Shown here in pieces: positions 36,250-42,817 of a DNA stretch of 42,817 bases. Origin of the DNA: an uncultured Gammaproteobacteria bacterium (GTDB lineage Bacteria; Patescibacteriota; Microgenomatia; UBA10105; UBA927); contig CAYWVJ010000001.1 of the NCBI GenBank assembly GCA_964461825.1, forward strand, positions 15,917-58,733. The letters run 5' to 3'. The notes under the pieces were generated by a model. That model saw nothing but the letters and a program-made list of their open reading frames with translations. It searched no databases and had not been told where the DNA came from. The position numbers and the translations under genes are program-made. Position 1 is the stretch's first letter. Every line of letters starts with the position of its first letter.

Positions 36250-37151
36250 TCAAGTGCGATTTTTAAATTTTTGAGGTTGTCCTGCATGATCGAATAATAG
36301 TCTTTCCCCGCTTTCCTGTCGGCATCGCTTACCCCTTCAAGCGGATCAAGTACCAGCGTCTGCCCGCCGATTTCCGCCGCGATGGTTTGCGAAAGTTTCG
36401 GGCTTACGAGCGTCTCGAAAAAAATATATTTGATGCCGGCGTCTTTGGCAAGCTTTACGATATCGGCAAGCTGCTGCGCCGAGGGCTCTGCATTCGGGGA
36501 TAGCCCCGCGATCGGAATCTGCCGGAGATTATACCGCGACGCGACGTAGCCGAACGCGGTATGCGACGTTATGATATTTTTTTGTCTGCATCCGGTTAAC
36601 CCCGCTCTGTAGCCGCGGTCGAGCGCTATGAGTTTATCGTCCAGTTTTTTTTCGTTTTCCTCATAATAGGCGGCGTTGGAGGGATCAACGCGCGCAAGTC
36701 CGAGCGTGATTGCGCGGGCTTCTTTCTGCGCAAGCACGGGGTCAAGCCACGTATGCGTATCGATTTGCAGCTGCCCTCCTTCTTTTACCTGCTGGGTAAA
36801 TAATCCCTCTGCCGCGGTCACGACCGTGAGGCGCGTTCCTTTCGTACCGGCGCGGATTTTGTCCCCCCACGTCTCCACGCTGCCGTTAAGAATCAACAGG
36901 TCGCTTTTTTCAATATCGGCAATGTCGCGCGTTGACGGATCGTAATCGTGCGGTTCAACGCCCGCCGGCGTAATTGTTGTAACGTCTGCCTTATCGCCGG
37001 CTATTTCGGACGCAAAATAATACAGCGGATAGAATGACGTGACGACGCGCAGTTTTCCGGATGCCGGTTGCGCGACTCTCGCCTTATACACGGCAACGCC
37101 TATCCCCAAAATACCAAGTACGATGACGATGATTACCGGCAATCTGCGCAT
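36237..37151 (-). CDS. Metal ABC transporter substrate-binding protein (ZnuA/TroA cluster A-I type)
   Basis: An N-terminal anchor followed by 'VVTSFYPLYYFASEIAG', 'GVEPHDYDPS' and 'HTAFGY'. Confidence 0.85.
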   Translation of the reverse strand: MRRLPVIIVIVLGILGIGVAVYKARVAQPASGKLRVVTSFYPLYYFASEIAGDKADVTTITPAGVEPHDYDPSTRDIADIEKSDLLILNGSVETWGDKIRAGTKGTRLTVVTAAEGLFTQQVKEGGQLQIDTHTWLDPVLAQKEARAITLGLARVDPSNAAYYEENEKKLDDKLIALDRGYRAGLTGCRQKNIITSHTAFGYVASRYNLRQIPIAGLSPNAEPSAQQLADIVKLAKDAGIKYIFFETLVSPKLSQTIAAEIGGQTLVLDPLEGVSDADRKAGKDYYSIMQDNLKNLKIALECNS

Positions 37152-37513
37152 AGTCCGAAAAATTCAAGTGAATGGCGTGTTATCAGCATCCCTTTCTTTT
37201 TTGGAATTTTTACCGAACATCCCCGTATGTCTTCGACCGCACCGCAGCGGTCGCACACGAAATGGTGATGCTCGGGTTTACCCGCATATTCGTATCGGAA
37301 TTTATCTTCGTGGAGCTGAATGGCGTGCACCAGTCCTTTATCCGACAGCGTATTGAGGATGCGGAACACCGTTACCCTATCCGCATGCACGCGGCGCCGG
37401 ATTTGTGCAACATCCAGCGGAAGCGCGGCGTTTTCAAGGAGGTGTAAAATCTGTAAACGCGTGGACGTAATTTTCAGGCTTGCCGCCCTGAGTTCCTCTC
37501 TGCAATCGTGCAT
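37133..37513 (-). CDS. Fur-family metalloregulator (Zur-like by context)
   Basis: 'LKITSTRLQILHLL' wHTH, 'HHHFVCDRCG' and 'CADC' metal sites. It is the first gene of the metal-uptake operon. Confidence 0.85.
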   Translation of the reverse strand: MHDCREELRAASLKITSTRLQILHLLENAALPLDVAQIRRRVHADRVTVFRILNTLSDKGLVHAIQLHEDKFRYEYAGKPEHHHFVCDRCGAVEDIRGCSVKIPKKKGMLITRHSLEFFGLCADCR

Positions 37514-37519
37514 AAAAAC

Positions 37520-37548
37520 ATTATATGCAACTTAGTTGCATTTGTCAA
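37520..37548 (-). promoter_or_regulatory. Consensus sigma70-type promoter TTGACA-17 nt-TATAAT driving the Fur/Zur-family gene
   Basis: The minus strand reads cagTTGACAaatgcaactaagttgcaTATAATgtttttATG. The -35 is at 37548-37543 and the -10 at 37525-37520. The A of the ATG (37513) lies exactly 7 nt after the -10. Confidence 0.65.
37525..37541. promoter_or_regulatory. Perfect 7-3-7 palindrome ATGCAAC-TTA-GTTGCAT; candidate Fur/Zur operator
   Basis: The inverted repeat is read directly. It fills the promoter spacer and overlaps the first base of the -10 and the stop codon of the upstream ORF. Confidence 0.55.
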
Positions 37549-37939
37549 CTGCGCGGCCGGAGGATGAACTGGCCGTACATACAATCTGCCTGAGCTGCTG
37601 TTTCTCACTCTCAGGGAGCTTTTCAAACTGACCGGCAAGAAACCCGATAATCTGTGCGCTTATCATGGTCTGCACGCGCTTCTGCGCCGCCGATCTGACC
37701 GACAGGACTGCGTTTGCCGCGATGTTGCCGAGGTTAATCGGACGGACGTTTGCTTCGTCGGAAACGCCCAGCACCTGCGCGGCCTGTTTACCCGTCGCGG
37801 TTTTTAAGACCTCATCATGAACCTGCTGTAAAAATTGCGGCCTCGGCGCGCTGCTGACTCTCGGCCATACGAGACTTCCGCCCGAAAGCGTTATCCCGAA
37901 TACCGCGCCGGCCAAAAGCAGCTGCACGACAAGTTCCAT
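37532..37939 (-). CDS. Hypothetical protein with an N-terminal TM
   Basis: 135-aa ORF with an ATG at 37939. It is the first gene of the long minus-strand run. Confidence 0.45.
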   Translation of the reverse strand: MELVVQLLLAGAVFGITLSGGSLVWPRVSSAPRPQFLQQVHDEVLKTATGKQAAQVLGVSDEANVRPINLGNIAANAVLSVRSAAQKRVQTMISAQIIGFLAGQFEKLPESEKQQLRQIVCTASSSSGRAVDKCN

Positions 37940-37977
37940 AGCATAGGTAGTATAAAATGTGCTACACTCAAAGTCTA
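37940..37977. promoter_or_regulatory. Divergent promoter region sharing one AT-rich box (AGTATAAAAT)
   Basis: The plus strand has TATAAA at 37951-37956, upstream of the ruvC ATG at 37978. The minus strand reads TTAGAC (37978-37973), 18 nt, then TATACT (37954-37949), ending 9 nt before the ATG at 37939. Confidence 0.35.
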
Positions 37978-38448
37978 ATGAGAATCCTCGGCATTGATCC
38001 GGGAATTGCGCGCGTCGGATGGGCGGTCATCGAAACGGCGAAACCCCGCCATAAAACGATTTCGTTCGGCTGTTTTGAAACCAAAAAGGAGGAAAAACCC
38101 GAAGTCCGGCTGTCCCAAATCCACAAGGAAATGGCACGGCTCTGCAAAACGTACGCACCGGACGTCATGAGCGTTGAGCAGCTCTTTTTCGCAACGAACG
38201 CAAAAACCGCCATAGGCGTCGGGCAGTCCCGCGGCGTCATACTTCTTGCCGCAGCCCAGTCAAAAATCCCGGTCGCATCCTATTCGCCGTTGCAGGTAAA
38301 ACGCGTCATTGCCGGCGACGGAAAAGCGGACAAGAAAAAAATGCAGCAAACGGTGGTGCGGCTTCTCAGATTAAAACAGATGCCGAAACTCGACGACACC
38401 GCCGACGCCATGGCAATCGCCATGATGCACGCCTCGGTAATTATCTAA
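37978..38448 (+). CDS. ruvC: Crossover junction endodeoxyribonuclease RuvC
   Basis: 'MRILGIDPGIARVGWAVIE', 'VEQLFF' and 'DDTADAMAIA' carry the catalytic acidic residues. The ATG at 37978 is preferred to the one at 37957. Confidence 0.9.
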   Translation: MRILGIDPGIARVGWAVIETAKPRHKTISFGCFETKKEEKPEVRLSQIHKEMARLCKTYAPDVMSVEQLFFATNAKTAIGVGQSRGVILLAAAQSKIPVASYSPLQVKRVIAGDGKADKKKMQQTVVRLLRLKQMPKLDDTADAMAIAMMHASVII

Positions 38449-39191
38449 AGAGCCGCGTCAACTGCGGACTTCATGTCGGTAAAATTGTACGCCCCGGGGA
38501 AGCTTGTCGTATTTATGAAAAATCCGGGCGTCCCGCCGACACCCAGATCTGCCGCGCGCTGCGTGTCCTTCGTAAGCTGCGCGTCGTATTTTCCGGAATC
38601 GAGGCATGCGGTCAGAAATGACGGATCTACTGCGGGAGTCAAAAAGGCGGCAAGTATCCCCGATTTTGTTTTGTCGTTTTCGACCGTCGAATTCTGCATC
38701 TCGTACCCTTTTTCGCTCATAAGCAGATCGTGGGCTTCCCAGAATTTCCCTTTTTCGTTGGCGCAGTACAACGCTTTCGCGCCCATCTGTCCGTTGCCGT
38801 GGCCCGGGTAATACATCCACACGAATGCCGCTTTTCCGGCATCTACGAGTTTTTTGAATTCCTCAACCGGAGGATCGTACGTGCCGCCCTGGCTGACAAG
38901 TTTAAACTGCGGATACTGCGCGTTAAGCGACGGATTTTTTCCTGCTGCGATTTGGCAATACGGACAACTCGTATCCGCAACTTCCACAAGAAGGAGCTTG
39001 GCTTTGGGATCGCCCAACACGATAGCATCCGCACTAAACAGCGCCCGCACCGTCTCCATTGTTATCCGCGGACCCTGCTGATTTTTCGGCTGCGCGGCGG
39101 GAGTGGTTCGTTCACGCGAGAGTTTTCCTGTGAAGAATGCGGCGATAACGAGCGAAAGAACTATAATGCCACGGATAATTTTTGACTGCAC
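38445..39191 (-). CDS. Membrane-anchored DsbA-like thiol:disulfide oxidoreductase
   Basis: An N-terminal TM, a 'CPYC' active site and 'GTPGFFIN' (cis-Pro loop region). It starts at GTG 39191. Confidence 0.7.
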   Translation of the reverse strand: MQSKIIRGIIVLSLVIAAFFTGKLSRERTTPAAQPKNQQGPRITMETVRALFSADAIVLGDPKAKLLLVEVADTSCPYCQIAAGKNPSLNAQYPQFKLVSQGGTYDPPVEEFKKLVDAGKAAFVWMYYPGHGNGQMGAKALYCANEKGKFWEAHDLLMSEKGYEMQNSTVENDKTKSGILAAFLTPAVDPSFLTACLDSGKYDAQLTKDTQRAADLGVGGTPGFFINTTSFPGAYNFTDMKSAVDAAL

Positions 39192-39232
39192 GTTTGTATT
39201 GTAAGACGGCCGGCCGGTCTAACACAAGTGTT

Positions 39233-39883
39233 CTAAGGCCTGCCTTTATCAATTGCCTTCCGGATGAGCGCCTCGAAATCCGCAAGACCCGCGGGGTTAT
39301 CAATCTTTACGTTATTGAGGTAAAAGGTCGGCGTACCGGTCAGCCCAAGCGCGTTGCCGTCATCAACGTCTTTTTGAATCTTCTGTTTGACCGCATCGGA
39401 ATCCATATCTCTGCTGAACTTGCCGGCGTCAAGCCCCAGCGATTTTGCATACCCGACAAACGTATCCTTGGGCGATTCCGCGGCCGACCATTCGTTTTGC
39501 GTTGCAAACAGCTTATCGTTCATTTCCCAATATTTGCCCTGCATGCCGGCAGCTTCAGCCGCCTCTGCCGCCGTTTGGGCATTGCGGTGGATGTTCGTCA
39601 GGGGAAAATTCCGATAGACGAACGCAAGAGACCCGGAAAAATCTCTCTCTATTTGTTTTACCATCGGGTAATACGTCCTGCACGCTGGGCACTGATAATC
39701 GGAAAATTCGACCAGCACAACGGCGGCCGATTGCGTTGCCGTTGAGTGGCTGTCGGGGCGCACGAGGAGCGACGCATCAACCCGGACCTGAGCTGCCGGC
39801 CGGGAAAAAATCAGCACCGCGCCGGCAACGAGCGCAACCGTGCCGACGATGATCCCCAGAAAAAGTTTTGTCTCGTTTTTCAT
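39233..39883 (-). CDS. Membrane-anchored DsbA-like thiol:disulfide oxidoreductase (tandem paralog)
   Basis: 'CPACR' active site and 'GTPTFYLN'. The start is moved to the ATG at 39883 (MKNETKLF) because the longer ORF would overlap the divergent YfhO-3 gene. Confidence 0.75.
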   Translation of the reverse strand: MKNETKLFLGIIVGTVALVAGAVLIFSRPAAQVRVDASLLVRPDSHSTATQSAAVVLVEFSDYQCPACRTYYPMVKQIERDFSGSLAFVYRNFPLTNIHRNAQTAAEAAEAAGMQGKYWEMNDKLFATQNEWSAAESPKDTFVGYAKSLGLDAGKFSRDMDSDAVKQKIQKDVDDGNALGLTGTPTFYLNNVKIDNPAGLADFEALIRKAIDKGRP

Positions 39884-39908
39884 CTCTGGTATCATACCAT
39901 AAGGCATA

Positions 39909-42266
39909 ATGAAAAAAATATTGACGGTTCTTTTTTTAATTCTTCTTCCGGTTGTCTTTTTCTGGCAATATTTTTTCCGCAATGCCTTGTTATTTCCGTC
40001 AAATCTTCTGGTTGCATTCTTTTCGCCGTGGAACACGGAAAAATACGCCGGCTGGAACAGTATTCCGTTTAAAGGACTGGGAACGGACAACCTTTTTATC
40101 TTTTATCCGATGAAAACGCTGCTGCGGCGGGCGATCCTCAGCGAAAAGTCGCTCCCGCTGTGGACGCCGTTCAATTTCACCGGCGGCCCCCTGTGGGGCG
40201 ACGGGCAATCGGCGCCGTGGTACCCGCTCACTTACCTTTACGTCCTTCTCCCGTCGCTGCCGGACGCATTCTCGGTCATGGTGCTGCTTGTCCCGCTCTT
40301 AACGCTTATTTTTACGTACGGATGCCTCCGTCATTTCAGGCTTTCCCGGACGGCCGGCATTTTCGGCGCGGTCGCATTCGCGTTTTCGGGGTTTATGTCC
40401 GTCTGGATGGAAGAAAATCCGGCGGTTGCCCAAAGCGCACTCTGGCTGCCGCTGCTTTTCTGGCTGACTGACCTTCTTATTACCACGCCGAAACGGCGTT
40501 GGTTCGCGCTGCTTACCATTGCAAGCGCGTTTATGATGGCGTCGGGGTTTTTGCAGATCGGATTGTACGAGCTTGCGTTTCTTGCGGCGTACGCGCTGTA
40601 CAAAAAAAAGAATTTTCTTCCGTTTGCCGGTGCTATCGCGACCGGGTTTCTCCTGGACGCACCGTATCTTGCCGTTACGTGGGAAGCATATAAATTCTCG
40701 CCGCGCGACGTCGTCGCAGTGCCGGAAATCAGGTCAATTTTTCTCGTGCAGTGGTCGCATATTTTCTCGCTTTTCAATCCCGACTGGCTGGGCAACCCGG
40801 GCACGTATAATTATCTGGGCGCCGGCAGCTACTATGATAAAGCGCTTTTTATCGGCGTCGTGCCGCTCGTGTTTGCGCTCATCGGATTGTTCGGCAAAAA
40901 ACCTCCGCTGGAAAAATTTTTGTGGGGAGTCGTCGCCGGCACCCTGCTCATGGGGTTTTCCTCACCGTTTTCGCAATGGCTGTTTTCCATGCCGATACCG
41001 ATCCTCTCCACGATGCTGCCGAGCAGAATTTTTTATCTGACGACGTTCGCACTTGCCGTAATCGCCGCGCGGCAGTTTGACGCCGGTAAAACCCGGTCTT
41101 TGCGGCCGGTTATCGCGGCGTATCTTAGTATCATTATTCTTCTGGAACTCTTCATCCTGTCCTACCTTGTGGAACTTAACCTGCCCGATTTTCCGGCAGG
41201 TCAGATTGCGCATAACATACGATCTTTTTTCGTTCCTTCGGTGCAACTCACGGAAAATTATTATTCCATATTTCTGCGGAATGTCGGCATTTCGGTTGTC
41301 CTTACGGCGCTTACGGTTATCGGCATCCGCCGGCGGCCGTTCCTCGTGTTTTTGACCGTTATCTCCGCCTGGTATTTTACCGGCAAAAGTCTCTATTTCG
41401 GGCAGCGGCAATTCGTATTTCCCGAAAATCCCGTCATCAGCCAGCTGCAGCGGATTGCCGGAATCGACCGCATTGGATTCGCCAACCAGCTGTCGCGCAT
41501 TCCGCCCGGCGGCAACGTTGTTTACGGCCTGTACGATCCCGAGGGATTAAACCCGGTCTTTCCGCTCCGGTACGGACAGCTTGTTAAATCCGCAGTGAGC
41601 GGCGGCCGGCTCACTACAGACATCCCGCGCATCAGCGTGCAGATCGATCTGGAACGCGCCGCAATCGATGCCACACAAAGCGCTTCGCGCATCAATACGC
41701 TCATGGCGCTTCTTGACATGAAATATATCGTGGAGCGCAAGGAAAGCGGCTGGTATGCAAAAACGTTTCCCCGTCACGAGCCGGCGTGGGAAGGCGTATA
41801 TTTCCGCATCTGGAAAAATCCCGATACCCTGCCGCGGGCATTCATTGCGACCAATACGCTCGTGGAAAACAATCCGCAGAAAATACTCGACGCGCTCTAC
41901 GCGGCGAATTTGCGGACTACCGCGATTGTCGAACAGCCGGTTGCCGCATCTGCCGGCACGAATTCGGTTACCATCGACCGGTACCGCATGAACGACGTTA
42001 CCCTGCGCTATCAATCGTCATCAAACGGCCTTCTTGTTCTGACCGATAACTGGGCGCCGGGCTGGCGCGCAGAGGTTGACGGCGTCAGGGTGCCCGTCAT
42101 TCGCACTGACTTTACTTTCCGCGGCGTTCCCGTTCCGGCGGGAAATCACACGGTATACATGTACTACTGGCCCCAGTCGCTCACCGTCGGCATCTATCTT
42201 GCAATCGGAGGCATCATTCTCCTACTTCTGATTTCATTCACCTACAAGGATAATCCTCGTAGATAA
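39909..42266 (+). CDS. YfhO-family polytopic membrane glycosyltransferase (GT-C-like), paralog 3
   Basis: 785 aa, multi-TM. Motifs: 'DNLFIFYPMKTLL', 'FNPDWLGNPG' and a C-terminal 'APGWRAEVDGV...VPAGNHTVYMYY'. Confidence 0.8.
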   Translation: MKKILTVLFLILLPVVFFWQYFFRNALLFPSNLLVAFFSPWNTEKYAGWNSIPFKGLGTDNLFIFYPMKTLLRRAILSEKSLPLWTPFNFTGGPLWGDGQSAPWYPLTYLYVLLPSLPDAFSVMVLLVPLLTLIFTYGCLRHFRLSRTAGIFGAVAFAFSGFMSVWMEENPAVAQSALWLPLLFWLTDLLITTPKRRWFALLTIASAFMMASGFLQIGLYELAFLAAYALYKKKNFLPFAGAIATGFLLDAPYLAVTWEAYKFSPRDVVAVPEIRSIFLVQWSHIFSLFNPDWLGNPGTYNYLGAGSYYDKALFIGVVPLVFALIGLFGKKPPLEKFLWGVVAGTLLMGFSSPFSQWLFSMPIPILSTMLPSRIFYLTTFALAVIAARQFDAGKTRSLRPVIAAYLSIIILLELFILSYLVELNLPDFPAGQIAHNIRSFFVPSVQLTENYYSIFLRNVGISVVLTALTVIGIRRRPFLVFLTVISAWYFTGKSLYFGQRQFVFPENPVISQLQRIAGIDRIGFANQLSRIPPGGNVVYGLYDPEGLNPVFPLRYGQLVKSAVSGGRLTTDIPRISVQIDLERAAIDATQSASRINTLMALLDMKYIVERKESGWYAKTFPRHEPAWEGVYFRIWKNPDTLPRAFIATNTLVENNPQKILDALYAANLRTTAIVEQPVAASAGTNSVTIDRYRMNDVTLRYQSSSNGLLVLTDNWAPGWRAEVDGVRVPVIRTDFTFRGVPVPAGNHTVYMYYWPQSLTVGIYLAIGGIILLLLISFTYKDNPRR

Positions 42267-42276
42267 CTTTAACTTT

Positions 42277-42762
42277 TTACTGATTTGAATTCAATTTTTC
42301 GGCAATTTGTTTATAAAAGGCTAATTCTTGCATGGCATGTGTATCGCCCATTGATGAAAATATTTGCATCTGCGCGCGTTTCAATTCCATATACCTATCT
42401 AATTTCCCGTCTTTATATGCCGACCTCATCGCTTCTTCAATAGCGGCGTAATGATCAGGTCCAAAAGAGTCAACTTCTGTTTTTCCCCGTGTGAGCCATA
42501 ATTCATTTGCTTCATGTTCAATCTCATATGGAATGCAATCCGTAAAATCTTGACCCAATCCACCTTCATAATGGTCCCAATTAATCAGAATATTTTCTTC
42601 TCCTTTGGAAGTTCTGTATGCTGCTGCTCCAGCGAGAGGAATTTGAGATAAGTACTTTTTCGAAAGATCTACAAATAAATCGGAATGAACAACAATTGCT
42701 TGTTTCCTTCTATATGCCAAGTACTGATCTTTATTAAAATCTTTCGATAGATTTTCTGGCAT
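42277..42762 (-). CDS. 161-aa soluble acidic protein, unknown function (low GC)
   Basis: Clean ORF with an ATG at 42762, 3 nt after the upstream stop. A 60-nt hand sample is about 37% GC. No motif was recognised. Confidence 0.5.
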   Translation of the reverse strand: MPENLSKDFNKDQYLAYRRKQAIVVHSDLFVDLSKKYLSQIPLAGAAAYRTSKGEENILINWDHYEGGLGQDFTDCIPYEIEHEANELWLTRGKTEVDSFGPDHYAAIEEAMRSAYKDGKLDRYMELKRAQMQIFSSMGDTHAMQELAFYKQIAEKLNSNQ

Positions 42763-42765
42763 ATA

Positions 42766-42817
42766 TTATCCCGTCTGCGGATAGTGGCACTTCTTCCACT
42801 TCTTGCCGGAACCGCAC
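42766..42817 (-). CDS. 3' end of a gene encoding a SEC-C zinc-binding motif (SecA C-terminus or other SEC-C protein); partial at the window edge
   Basis: Hand translation of the minus strand gives '...CGSGKKWKKCHYPQTG*' with a TAA at 42768-42766. This matches the CxCGSGKK[YFW]KxC[HC] SEC-C signature. It is absent from the ORF track because it is truncated. Confidence 0.5.
   Translation of the reverse strand, partial: CGSGKKWKKCHYPQTG

Noticed and set aside
39204-39220. GC-rich near-palindrome AGACGGCCGGCCGGTCT between the two DsbA-like genes, considered as an intrinsic terminator.
   Set aside because: Only a 4-bp outer stem pairs cleanly and no U-tract follows on the minus strand. It is more likely a chance GGCCGGCC palindrome.
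1-42817. CRISPR arrays, tRNA/rRNA/tmRNA genes, transposases, integrases and long direct or inverted repeats.
   Set aside because: No spaced repeat arrays, no tRNA-like T-loop or acceptor patterns in the few spacers over 40 bp, and no recombinase-like ORFs were seen by eye. The window is almost fully coding. An exhaustive search would need tRNAscan, Infernal and repeat finders.

Overview
This is a gene-dense bacterial window with about 49 CDS, 46 of them on the minus strand. No rRNA, tRNA, CRISPR array or transposase was recognised. Hand counts on 60-nt samples give about 55% GC for most genes, against about 33-38% in three small islets.

Reading the minus strand from high to low coordinates:
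- Divergent ruvC, two membrane-anchored DsbA-like thioredoxin-fold genes and a third YfhO gene on the plus strand sit at the right end.
- A Fur/Zur-family regulator is followed by a metal ABC importer (SBP, ATPase, permease).
- prfB is followed by ftsE-ftsX and a coiled-coil M23 peptidase.
- Next come a CBM/PT-rich surface protein and a tsaE-tsaC-mini-tsaB t6A cluster.
- A CAP-domain protein follows.
- A surface-glycan supercluster of about 26 kb then runs 26078->33. It holds rmlA-C-B-D, ugd and a Gmd-like SDR.
- The supercluster also holds three polyprenyl-phosphate-sugar-synthase-type GT2s (one fused to GtrA), three further GT2s, one GT4 and a Wzx-like flippase.
- Seven polytopic GT-C-like membrane proteins lie in the supercluster, and an eighth lies at 39909-42266.

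Thirteen gene junctions are ATGA start/stop overlaps. The compactness, the reduced proteins and the abundance of YfhO/ArnT-like genes suggest a small-genome CPR/Patescibacteria-like organism. That is inference only.

Most interesting observations:
- The FtsEX-linked M23 peptidase has its two half-domains in swapped order, an apparent circular permutation with all Zn ligands retained.
- The GT-C arsenal is organised as Pol-P-sugar synthase/GT-C modules. It includes a tandem pair of divergent YfhO-like paralogs.
- A perfect TTGACA-17-TATAAT promoter carries a 7-3-7 palindrome in its spacer. It is positioned to give a leaderless Fur/Zur-family transcript.
- An 84-aa mini-TsaB is present.
- Three low-GC insertions interrupt the host-like genes: NYN nuclease plus 4-TM protein, a 116-aa coiled-coil ORF, and a 161-aa ORF that follows a SEC-C-motif gene tail at the window edge.

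All family calls come from motif recognition by eye. No database search was possible.
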